NCBI GenBank assembly: GCA_012862495.1 | Contig: BLSG01000402.1 | Span: forward strand, 404,861-454,984 | Direction of reading: 5' to 3' | From: Thraustochytrium aureum | Taxonomy: Eukaryota | DNA: 50,124 bases | Shown: positions 1 to 11,126 of the stretch, piece after piece | Position numbering within the stretch: position 1 is the stretch's first letter | How the letters are laid out: every line of letters starts with the position of its first letter | Program-made: the position numbers and the translations under genes | The notes under the pieces: generated by a model | Seen by the model: only the letters and a program-made list of their open reading frames with translations | Told to the model about the DNA's origin: nothing | Database searches by the model: none

Positions 1-605
1 TCTAACTCAAAATATATTTTTTCGCCCTCTCTTTTTCTCTCTCTCCTCCCTGTGTGAGGAGGGAAACTGGAAGGAGAGCCATTCACACATTCCAGAGAGG
101 GCGGTTTCGCCGTGCATTTCTTTTTTATTCCCTCAGAGCCTCCGCACGGGGTGCACCAACATTGAATGCACGCACCCGACACCTTGACAGTTGACGCAAT
201 CGAGCGACAGTATCTCGTACGCGAAAGCCACCCCACGCTCTTCTGCAGGGCCTAGCTGCACGTCGTGGATGCGCCGCACAAGAACGCGCGGATCGCCGTT
301 TGGGCGATTGTGGGGAACACGCGGTGTGTACTGACTGTGCAGGCGACTTGTTGAGGTGACAGATGATCTTCAGAGCCTGCTTCTTCGTGACGTCGAAAGA
401 GCATCGCGAGGCGCTGGAGCTGGGAGGGATGCGGACGCGGCGCGCGTTCATGCCCTCGCGGCGAGCCCCGCGTCGTCGTCGTCGGACTTCTGCTGCCTCC
501 AGGTCTCGCTGATGACCCCTTGATTCTGACGCTGACCGACCGCAGCCCGTCCTGCTGCCAACAGTGCTGCCTCCGGCCGCGGTCCGCGGGGGCAGGTTGC
601 GGCGC

Positions 606-2524
606 ATGCCGCGCTGCCTTTGGCTGGCTGGCCCTAGGGCTGCCGTGGTCCTGCTTTCGGTGGGGCTTGCGCTTGCCGTGGCGGCGCGACTTCGAACCAG
701 CACCCCCCTAACGGCGAGCTCGCCCCAGACGGCGACGCACCGGCAGGGGTCCCCCACTCGGGCGCGCCGATCGGCGCGGAGGGCGACCGCGAATTCGGCG
801 CGACTGCCCACTTGACCGCGCCCGACGCCGACCCGCCGCTGACGCCGCCTGCGCAGGCGCTCGGCAGGCTCGGGCCGCCACGGCCTAGCGAGACAGACGT
901 GATCCAAGTTTACAGCGCAGGCGCCGCGCAGCGCGCGCAGGCCCTTTTGGCCGGTCTGCGCAATGGAGCGAGTCTCGCTGGGGCCGCGGTGGGCGGCTCG
1001 GCGACAGCCGGCGGCGGAGGCCAGGGGGATGGCCCTGGCGAAAACGTACCAACGCCGCCTTGCGGCATGGATCGACAAGTCTGTCGCCAAGCGGCCCGGA
1101 TCGGCGCGGATCGCCGACATGGGCCACGGCGCTCGCGGCACCGTGCACGCCATGCTCGTGCCTGGCCTCGTCATCCCGCTCAACNNNNNNNNNNNNNNNN
1201 NNNNNNNNNNNNNNNNNNNNNNNNNNNNNNNNNNNNNNNNNNNNNNNNNNNNNNNNNNNNNNNNNNNNNNNNNNNNNNNNNNNNNNNNNNNNNNNNNNNN
1301 NNNNNNNNNNNNNNNNNNNNNNNNNNNNNNNNNNNNNNNNNNNNNNNNNNNNNNNNNNNNNNNNNNNTGCACGCCATGCTCGTGCCTGGCCTCGTCATCC
1401 CGCTCAACGCCGACCTGGTCATCTGGGAATTCGCTATCAACGACGCGCTGGTGGGCGACCCGCAGGCCATGATCGAAAACGTCAAGTTTTGGCTTCGCGG
1501 AGTGGTGTCGCGGGCTCCGCGCGCCCTCGTCGTCCTCGTATTTTTGTGGGACAAAAACAGCCACAGCGTGCCGCTCCAGCACGAGGCCTTCGACGTCCTT
1601 TCCAGGTCCGAGGCGATCCGTCACCCGAATGTGCTCGGCCACGTCAACCTCGCCGCGCTCTTCAACGCGCGGTTCGCAGCACGACCAGCTCAGCTCGCGC
1701 CCTACTTTGCAGACCGGCGCCATCACCCAAGCGCGCTCGGCCACCAGGTAATTGCCGAACTGGTCGCGCAACTGCTTGTGCAGTCCGCCTCTGGAGATCT
1801 TCCTGCGGCGCACCCTGGCGCGCTCGCCGAAGCCGCGCTTGCGGACCCTTGCCCAACAGCTCGATCCCGCAAGAGCGAGCCGAAGCGCAAAGCCCTGGCC
1901 CGGCTCACCAACCTCTTCCTCCACACTTCGCTGCGACCCGTCGCAGGCGCCACGCTCGACGAGCCCGTCTTGCCGCCGGAATCGCAAGGCACATTCCACG
2001 CTGACCTGCTCGTGCGACCCACCGGCACCTCGAACCTCACGTCAGGCCAGCTCTCGCGCTCGCTTCGCCGCATCGCGTACGGCAAGCGAGACGCCGGCAG
2101 GATCGACCAGCAAAACGGCCTTGAGCTGCCCTGTTGTGACGACGGCCACCTCGTCGTTCGCTCGGTGCTGAACGCGACCTGGGCGTTTGCTGCAGTCCAC
2201 GTCGAGCTGCACGAGCCGCTCCAAACCCGCACCGTGCGCGTCCGCCTTGACGGCGCGGCGCTGGACACGACCGGGGCAGTCCGGTGGCCCTCGTGCTACC
2301 AGCCCCCGTACAGCCCAGGGAGGTGGCTCGTGCTACCCGAGACGCTGTACGGCGCTCGGGAGGTGGCGCTTTGCAGCTTGCTTTGCCGCGGGCCGGGGTC
2401 GGCCACCAAGTCGACGGAGAAGGCTCCAGGCGATTCGCAGCCTCCAGGCGAGTCGCAGCCTCCTGCGTTTGTTTCGCTGCAGTTTCTTGGCTTTCCGGGC
2501 GCGGAAACCCGCATGAAAGGCTAG
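606..2524 (+). CDS. Type II membrane-anchored SGNH/GDSL-like hydrolase-fold protein (reconstructed across 2 frameshifts and a false gap)
   Basis: The N-terminal hydrophobic anchor is AAVVLLSVGLALAVAA. SGNH blocks are VGGSATAG (I), GHGARGT (II), DLVIWEFAIND (III) and RHHPSALGH (V). The model needs +1 C near the C6 run at 703-708, -1 G at the G5 run at 1024-1028, and collapse of gap 1185-1367, whose flanks share 41 nt. Confidence 0.7.
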
Positions 2525-2750
2525 ATGTCCCGGGGCGGCCTGCGTCACCTTCGCGCTGCAGCGCTGCCCCGTGGAAGTGAAGAAACGATGGCTGTTAGAT
2601 ATTTTACGACTCGAGTTCTACGGCTACATACAAGGCTAGATGCCCCGGGGCGCGCCTGCGTCACCTTCGCGCTGCAGCGCTGCCCCGTGGAAGCGAAGAA
2701 ACGATGGCTGTTAGATATGGTACTACTCGCGAGTTCTCCAGCTACATACT
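2517..2750. repeat. Imperfect tandem duplication, 2 x ~115 bp, between convergent gene ends
   Basis: aaggctagatg...cctgcgtcaccttcgcgctgcagcgctgccccgtggaag...gatggctgttagatat...gctacatac starts at 2517 and again at 2632. Confidence 0.95.
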
Positions 2751-2787
2751 CTACATACGACACTCGAATGAATCGAGCCCGGTTCCC

Positions 2788-5700
2788 TCAGAAACTCGCG
2801 CCATAGTTGGAGCGCGCGCGCTGCACCGACTGCACGCCGCGAAACCCCTGCCTCGCCGCAACGCCAGCGTCGTCCGACACGCGCAGGTTGTCCATAAACG
2901 AGTCAATCTCCACCGTGTTGTCCCCGGAAGCATCAAAGTGCGACAACAAGAGCTCCATGTCCGCGGGGCGCACGTCAAGGCCAAAGTCGAGCATGCACTC
3001 TTGAAACAGCTCAGACGAAAGGCGCCCTGTCCGAGGGTCCGCGTTGGCCTCCAAAAGTTGCCCAAAACGCGTCACAGGCCGCTCTGGGTTGTCCCTGCGT
3101 CGGCCCCCGAGCTGCGACTTAATCGTCAGCAGGCACCCGTTCAGCTCGCGCCTGTACGCGGCGTACTCGTTCGGTCCAAGGCGATCCTCCAGCCACTTTT
3201 CGCGCCGGCGCGCTTCTTGCTCGCGCTCCGCCTTGGAGCGCTTCGGGATCGAGGTGCGCCCCGCACCACGCCCGACGCTGTTGCGCGAGTCGATGCCGCC
3301 CTTCTCGACCTGGTTCAGCAGCTCTTGCTTGTGCGTGACCTCGAGCCGCAGCTTGATCTCTGCGTCCTCAAGCTTTTGTCGCACCTGGCGAAGGTCGCCC
3401 TGGAGACGCGCCTCGCGGGCGTCCGTGGCCGACCGCAGCTTTTCGTTCTCGCGCTTGAGCTGCTCCAGCTCAGCAAGCCGCACTTGGTGCTCGCGGACCA
3501 GCTTGCCGTGCGCCTCCACCTCCTCAGCAGACGCATAGCGCTTGGGAACGCCCGGCGTCGACTCTTGCACCCGGGCTGTCGCTTCGTCAATCTTGCGCCG
3601 GCCTTCCTCGATCTCGCGTTGGGTGCGGCGCAGACGGTCCTCGTTGGCCTTGAAGGCGCGCTCCAACTCGTGCTTTTGCCGCTCCGATTCGGCAAGCCTC
3701 GACTTTGTGTCAGAGACCTCTTCGCGCAGCCTCCGGGCCAGCAGAGCATAGTCCTGAGCAGTTGTCACCGTTGTGTTGACGCCGACGCCGCCGCTGCTGT
3801 GCGGGACAGACTCGGGCGGGACGGACTCGTCCCCGCTGCCGCCCAGGAAAAACGACTCGTCCCCGATCTTGGTCCCGAAAAGAACCCCTTCGGCCGCCTT
3901 GGCTGCTGGATCGTTCGCATCTGGCCCCCCGCCGTCGTCGAACCGCAAAGCCACGCGCACCTTTCCGACGTCTTGCGCGTCGCTGCCGCCCTCGCTTGGC
4001 TGCAACGCCACCCACCGTTCCACCAGTTTGCCAGGCGTCTGCGTCACGATCGAGAGCGGCACGCGCGCCACGCCAAGGACCTCGTTCTCCTTGCCGGCCC
4101 GAATACTCTCGAGACGAAGCTCGACATGCGGGGTCAGGCACTCTCCAATGTCCATGTGCTCGAGAACCTTGTCCCACAGAGCGTCGTCGCCGACGGGGAA
4201 CGCCGTCCCAATCCGCACGGCCCCCTCCAGACCGTCGTGAACGATTGGGTAGGTGTCGAGCACCTTCACGGTCTCCGGGTCGAACACGACGTCGCGGGGC
4301 AGCTCTGCCTCTTGGCCCTCTGGAAATGTGAAGCGCCCCCCCAGCCCCGGACGCGTGCGGTTCTTCGGGCTCCCCCACGGCCGCAGAGCAGTCACGCCGT
4401 TCGGCAGCGACCCACTTTCCCCGGCTCGACTCGACCCAGTGAACCGCCGCTTGCTACTTGCAATGCGCCTGCCCGCGTCCTCGCGCTGCCGCACCTTGAG
4501 CGCGAACTCGTCGTTCGTGAGCGGGTCGAAGGCGACGAGGCCCAGGTGGTCCGCGTCGTTCTGGAGCTGGTGCACAAACAGGATCACGTACCGCTTGCCA
4601 ACTTTGCAGACGCGCGTCAGCACAACGCTGCGGTTCACAGACCGCGCTGGAGTTAACTCGCTCTGGAAGCGCGAGCCGAACAACGGGTTGGTCCCGCTCG
4701 CCACGGGCGTCACAAAGACGCCGCCTTGCGGCTTGATCGTAGCCTTCACCAGCGCGTTGCGCTTTCCGGAGAGGTGCGCCACGAGCTCGTCCCAGGCCAG
4801 CTCGGCTCTATAGGCACCGTGGATCTGCTCCACCACCACTCGCAGCGAGCACTCGAGCCCAGCCAGAGCGCATGCCAGCCGGTTCCCTTGCTGCGCACGC
4901 AGGGCCCCGAACACGCACTCCTTGATCGAGCCCTCCTCGCTGCTCCCAGCGCCCGCATCGTCCACCAAAAAGTGCACCGCTGTCGAGGTAACCTGGTAGA
5001 AGAAGGGCAGCTCCGTGCACGAGTCGAGAACCTGGCGCACGAACGCAACCTTCCGATCGCTCTCTTTGATTGCCAGCGCCAGCCGATCGCGCCCGCTCGC
5101 CACGCTTTTGCAGAGCACCAGCCGGCTGCAAATGTCTTCCAAAAAGTGCCGATCCTTGGCGTAGACTCGCCGGGGCATCCAGACCGTGTCGGGCCCGTGC
5201 CGCGTCCCGGTTTGTCCTGGAACGGCTCGACCAGGGCAAAAGTACACGCCCCCACGCGGGGGCAGCGCGGCGCACTCCTCGCTCGAGATCCTTACGTTGT
5301 CGAGCTCTAGGACGCGCCCAGACTCCGGGTCCTTTGCCCTCACCCTGAGCGCTGTGCCGTCTTTGTTGGCGAACACGTCCACGAGAAAAGCCGACGGCCC
5401 CTGCCGAGCCGCGCTCTGCTGCCGAAGCAAGTGCCGGAGCTTGAGCTCTACGTTGGCCACGCTAGAAGGGTTCAGGATGCGAGCCAGCACCGCGCGGTTG
5501 ACCCGCTTCGCGTTGCAAAAGATGAGCGCCTCGTCCACAAGCAGTCGCAGCTGCTGGGCGAGCGTCAGCCCCACGCTCGGCGCCGAAGCGCCAGCGTTGG
5601 GCTGAACGACCTGGTCATTCAGCTCTGCCAAAACGGCTTTCCGGAGCTCGCCCTCCTTCTCGGCAAGCTCCTCGCTTGACAAGGTATTCCCTTGCTTCAG

Positions 5701-8700
5701 GTCGGCTGCAAAGCGGTCGGCCACGACTGCTTTTACGTGGGCTTGGATGATCGCGGCCGCAAACTCGTCTGCGCGAACCCCCTGTCCGTCCGAAGGACCT
5801 CCCGCCGCCGGAGCAGCGCCGCCGTCTTCGTGGAGGATCTGCTGCACAAACGGGCCGAGCGCCCGAATCGCCTTGTCCACGTCGATTACGCACTGGCCGC
5901 CGACGCCTCGATCTGACAGATCGACGTCCTTTATCGTCCCCAGAACACTGAGCAACACTTCGCGGCCCTTCACAGGCTCATCGATTGGCAGCACCTCGTC
6001 GTGCGTGCTCCGTCGCAGATTCCTGCAACGCTCCAGAAAAGCTGAAAACTGCTGGGAGGTCTCGAAAAGGTGCGCAATCCGGAACGCCCTTGGGGCCGCC
6101 AGGCGGGCGTCCAACCCAAACACAGTGCGGTGCTCACGGAGCTTGCAGGTTTTCGTGAAATTGCGCAGCTGGGCCGCAAAGTCGCGGAGCTTGAACCAGT
6201 CACGACCCAGTGACCAGGCCTCCGTCAGCATCCGCGCGTCCGTGCTGGGGCTCGCGAGGGCCGAGAGCATGGCTTGCATCGAAACTTGCGACTCTGACGC
6301 AGTGGCGAGGTTGCCCTGGGCTTCTACAAAGTGAGCCAACTCCGAGGCGTCAATGCACCCGTCGTTGTTCTTGTCCAAATGGAGGATCAAAGTCGCGACG
6401 TCGTCATCCGTGAGCGTGGTAAACCCCAGCGATTCCAATGCTTCGCGAAACTCGACGCGGTCGATGCTGTTGTTCTTGTCTCGGTCAAACTTGGCAAACC
6501 ACCCCTCCAGGTCTTCAGCCCGCGCGAGCTGTGCTTTCAGGATTTTGGCCTCGCCAGGGATCTCCGCCACGCAGGAATACACGAGCCGGTTGCCTCTCTC
6601 GTCCTGCCGCGGTTGCGACGGCGGCTCTAGCCGGCCCGTTGCTGCGCCCGGCGCGCTTGGGTCGACGTCAAAGATCCAGCCACCTGGCAATACTTCTCCA
6701 CGAGCGTGGAGGATTATGTCCATCGCTGCGCCGAACATGTCGTCCCAAAAGCAGCTTTCGATGCCAACAAATGTGGAGTCGTCAACAAGCTCGCCCTTCA
6801 CAGCTGGCGCCGCTGGCGCCGCTGCGGCTGCTTGTGCGCCGGAAGGTGTGACATTCGTGCTTTGCGCAGGCGCGGGTGGCGCCATCACAGCTTTGCGCTC
6901 CTCCGCGGAGAACCCAAGTGGAGGCCGCGCGCCGTCGCTTTGGCGCGAGATCTGCCGCGCGTACTCGCGTCGCTTGCCTTTGGAAAGCCTCTTGATCTTC
7001 ATAAACTCCTCGTTCCTTACCCGGTCAAGCTCCTGTGCTTCTTGGGTCCCGTGGACCACTTGAACGATAGAGTTGATGATGTGGCGAAACCCGTCCAGCC
7101 CATCTGGGGAAGCCGTCGCACTTGCCCCCGAGGGCCCATTCCCGCCATCCCGGCTGGCGCGCTCGCGCTCTACCGTTTTGAGAAATTCAGTCTCTTCGTG
7201 GTCGAGAGCGGGTTCTTGCGCGGCGGCCAGGTCTTGGGCGTTGAGGCCAGAATGCACGTCGATCGATTCCAGGACGTCGCGGACGTAGCCGATTCTGTCT
7301 GGGACGTAGCACACCTTGCCGGTCGTCGCGCTTGGTGCATCCGCGAGGAGGTTGTTGAGCGGGTCGAAACCGAGGGAAAGCTCCTTGACCCACTTGGCAA
7401 AGATGCTCTCCCAGAAAGTCGGCTCGTCGCTCTGGTGCGCCTCCACTCTGATTGAAGGCAGCTCGGTGAAGCCAAACTCCTTGCCCAGTGCAATGTCGTA
7501 CGCGGTCGGGACGCAAGGAGCCTCTGGGTTCGCCGCGACCTGCCACACTTGCAGGATCACGCTGCGTTCGCTGAGACGCACAATTCGCTGCGCCGGACGA
7601 GGCGGAGCTTGCGCCGCTGCGTTTCGCAATGGTAGACCGCGGCACCTCCCGCGGCCGCTCCCCCCTCAAAGTGCAAGTCTCGGCCCTCCTCAACGAGGAC
7701 GGACAGCGTGCCAGGTAGCGTACTCGGCGGCTTGTACAGCAAATCATCCGCCGGCAGGGGGGGCTGCGCTTCCACGAGGGCGCTCTTCAGCAGGGCCTGC
7801 TCAAATACAGCGCGAATCGCCGCGCTGTCGACCTGGCCATCCGGCTGTCCGAGGACGTCAAAGTGCTTGTCAGGGACCTCGGCGACCGAAAACCCAGCCG
7901 ACAGCATACGCTGCTTGAATTCAATCCTGTTCAGGCGGGTCGAGTCCCGAAACGCGGCAACGACACGCCGAGGATCGATCTCGCGCGCCTTGGCGACGGC
8001 CAGGAGCTCGTCCTTGATCTCCTCTTGACGGTGCGCCAGCGACTTGCGCTTGGCAGCTGCCGCTGGGTCTGCGTCCACCTCGCGCAAGGCGGCTCCGGAG
8101 CTTGCCCCGCCGTCCATTTCGGGAGGAACCGACTCGTCGCCCCGCCCCAGAGAGCCGCGTTCTGGGGACGCATCCAGCGTCGCCCAAGTCGGCGCGCTGG
8201 AGATGAGGGGGTTCCACAAGCTCTGCAGCTCGCACAGGGCAGGTCGTGTTTTCTTGCCTGGCACGTGCAGCGGTAAGGCTCGCTCCACAAACACGGGCTT
8301 GTCGTAGTAGAAAAACATACAAAACCGATCCACTTGCCCGCGCTCCAGGGTGTGAGGCACGATCGCATAGTCGCCTGCGCCAAGGAAAAGCGACTTGCTG
8401 GACACTGGGTGAAACGAGTACTCTGGTTGCGCGGACCGAGGGTTCGAGCCAGGCACAGGGTCAAGGGGGCTCGGGCAGCGAGGCTCCCCGCTCATGGCGT
8501 CGAGCTGGCAAATTGAGAACGAGTAGAGCGTGGCGTTGCTGTGCTTGCTGTTCTCCATGCGGCGATCATGAAGAAACATTTGCAGGAAGACGCGCGTCTG
8601 CGGGTCTTTGACTCGGAACCGAAAGCGAGGGTTGAGGAACCACGTCGCCTTGTCGGGGCAGCCGCCAGCGCTCTGCTCTGTCCAGCGATCGGCGCAAAAG

Positions 8701-10227
8701 TAGCCCCCGGACCAATGCGAGCCCAGCTCGCTCGTGGTCGCGCCTTTGCCTTGCACGGTGTGCAGCAGCGAGGTAAAGCTTGCCAAAAAGTCCCCCCAAG
8801 CGATCACAAAATTGGCCTCGTCCTCGAGCTCGCCGTTCGGGAAGAGCACGCGCAGATCGGCCTTGTTGCTCTGAAACTCCTTGCTCTGCTCGCTCCACGG
8901 GCCAAGCCAGCGCCCAAAGCCCCAGCGGTTTCGCAGCAGGAGCACGCGGCCGGCGCCGGGAATCAGCTTGGCGCTCATGACCACGTAAGCGTGGCGCTTC
9001 TCCAGCCCGTGCATCGCCGAAGGGACGACGCTCGCGTCTCCCGACATGGGCGCGCCTCTAGCCAAAATACCGCCCCCAAGTGCGCCGCGGCCGCCGAGGC
9101 TGCTCGTCGAGACGCGCGACCCGTGCGATTCGGCATGGTGGAGCTGCTGCGCCTGCGCTGTCAACGCCAGCGCGTCGTCAGGCTGGATGATCGCGCCAAT
9201 GANNNNNNNNNNNNNNNNNNNNNNNNNNNNNNNNNNNNNNNNNNNNNNNNNNNNNNNNNNNNNNNNNNNNNNNNNNNNNNNNNNNNNNNNNNNNNNNNNN
9301 NNNNNNNNNNNNNNNNNNNNNNNNAATGACAGACCCGTAATCCAGGCTTTCGCGAACCTGGCGCCAGAGTGCATCGCCTTCCGGCGCGCTGCTGGAGGCG
9401 CCACCGCCGCTCTTGCCGCGGGACTCGACGCTTAGGAGTGTGCGCTCCGAACAGAGCCCCGTGAGCTCACGAAGCGCCACGTCGACGTGGCCGCACGCCA
9501 AGCTGTCGTAGCTAAAATGAAGTTTTGCGTAGGCCTTCTCGAGAAGGGGCAGCCAGAGCTCGGCCCGGTCGCGGCAGCGCGCAAAGCATGGCTGGCCGTT
9601 CTCGCAGTCAAACATGGGAATGCGGTCGTCAATGACGACGTAGTACCACGACCCGTTCTTGAAAAAGCGGCAGACAAAGATGCCGTAGTCTTTAAAGTCG
9701 TCGAGTCGCCAAAAACATCCTTTGAGGAGGGCTGGCTTGGCAGCCACCAGAGCAACGGCGTTCAGAAGCCAGCCGTCCCCAAGCTTGCCCTGAATAATTC
9801 CGCAACGCTCGATTGGCCCCTTGAATAGGGATGCATTGTTGCAAAAGTACATCTCTCCGCTCTCGTGGGCCTCTGCTTTGGCGCCGCTATACCCGGGGCG
9901 CGCCCACCGAATCTCTTCGGGCTTTGGGTATCCTGGAACTGCGACGCGGCCATTTCGGTATAGCGCGCTTGTGCCGGTAGGGTCTGCTTTGCTTGGGCCG
10001 AAGTCGGGATCGGACCAGCGCGATGTGCGTTTGCTGTTCATGTCCTTGACTGTCTCCGCCACGAAGGCTTTAACTTCGTCTTCCACCATTTTTTGCAAGT
10101 CCTCGACGTCTTTGGGCTGCTTTTCCCGACTCACGTCCCGCGAGCAAATCACAGACTTTCTTCGCAGGTGAACCATATCATCGAGCCGCTCTGCGCCATA
10201 CCAGGCGTCACTCGGCGTCGGTGCCAT
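2788..10227 (-). CDS. Giant (~2400 aa) calpain-like protein: CysPc domain (catalytic Cys->Gly), domain III/C2L, EF-hands, C2-like domain, coiled coil, C-terminal EF-hand
   Basis: Joins ORFs 9178-10227, 7557-9404 and 2788-7629. Calpain motifs: WSDPDFGP, QGKLGDGWLL, VVIDDRIP, ELWLPLLEKAYAKLH, HAYVV, LLRNRWG, SAGGC...NPRF. EF-hands: DRDKNNSIDRVEF, DKNNDGCIDASEL, DASGDNTVEIDSF. C2-like: EVLGVARVPL...ERWVAL. Gap 9203-9324 collapses in frame (YGSVIGAII), and one base is missing near 7632. Confidence 0.85.
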
Positions 10228-10365
10228 GCTGCCAGCTCACCAGCCCGCTCGCCTGCTCGCTGCCGCAGACCCAGCCAAGTGCGCCACGTCGGCACAGCTC
10301 CTGTTTGTGCTGCTTCTGCGTCCGCAAGCTGCTGCCGGTTTCTTGTGCTGGCACCGGGCTGGGCG

Positions 10366-10551
10366 CTTGCTGGACGCGGAGCAGCAGGCCTGCACGTGGA
10401 GCAGTTGGACTGGACGCAGCAGAGCTGCTGGACGGACGAGGTCGCGGGCGCGGAGCTGCTCAAGCGGACGTGGAGCTGCTGGCCTGGCCTGGCCGCGGTT
10501 GCGGACGCGGAGCTGCTGGGACAGACGTGGTCGCGGTGCTGCTGGACGCGG
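10366..10551. repeat. Degenerate short-unit repeat (ggacgcggagctgctgg-like units) upstream of the calpain-like gene
   Basis: About 6 variants of gacg(c/t)ggagc(t/a)gc / gctgctggac, irregularly spaced. Confidence 0.6.
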
Positions 10552-10824
10552 TGTTTTGGTTGTCGGTTCGGGATTCTGCTGGTCGCGGTGCTGCCTTTCC
10601 TTTTCTCCTCGTGTGACTCCCGGTGGCCCCTGCCTTTTCTCCTTGCGCGACTCCCGGTGGCCCTGCTGGGGCGCCGCTGGTCGTGTTCCGCCTCGCCGCT
10701 CTGCTGCTCCTGTCCGGTTCGAGCCTGACCTCCTCCTGCGTCCATCACGCGTTTGTTTCACAACCCGCATGCATTCAATCGGCCAAAACCCAACCGCTGC
10801 TCCCTCACACCTGGCGCTGCAACC

Positions 10825-10842
10825 ATTTAAATCGATTTAAAT
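10825..10842. promoter_or_regulatory. Perfect 18-bp AT-rich palindrome in a divergent intergenic region (putative bidirectional promoter element)
   Basis: atttaaatcgatttaaat is its own reverse complement. The palindrome is seen directly; the function is inferred. Confidence 0.35.
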
Positions 10843-11126
10843 CCGTCCGCAGCCGTAACGGTAACAGGGCCTGCCCGGAATAACGCGCGAGACGTCGCAT
10901 CGCGCTCCGCGTGGGATTAGGCCAAGGTGGCGAGCTGGGCGGCTTGTATTATGCTGGAGACGTCGGCCCGACGGTTCTGTAACGGTATTATTGCGATGTC
11001 CGACCCGAGGCTGGAGCAGAATGCATCGCGATGCCGGGGTGGCGGGCGATGTGGGAGATAGATGGTCGATGGCGCAGAGCGCGTCGCGGAGCGCGTCGCA
11101 AAGGCTGCGGGCAACGCGCTTCGAAG

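Noticed and set aside
1144..1408. 41-nt direct repeat flanking the first N-gap
   Set aside because: Exact overlap of contig ends. Collapsing it restores the reading frame, so it is an assembly artefact.
2704..4656. Long antisense ORFs (also 24974-26287, 26300-27994, 19307-20800 and others)
   Set aside because: Shadow ORFs of real genes, expected from high GC and codon bias, with no recognisable motifs.
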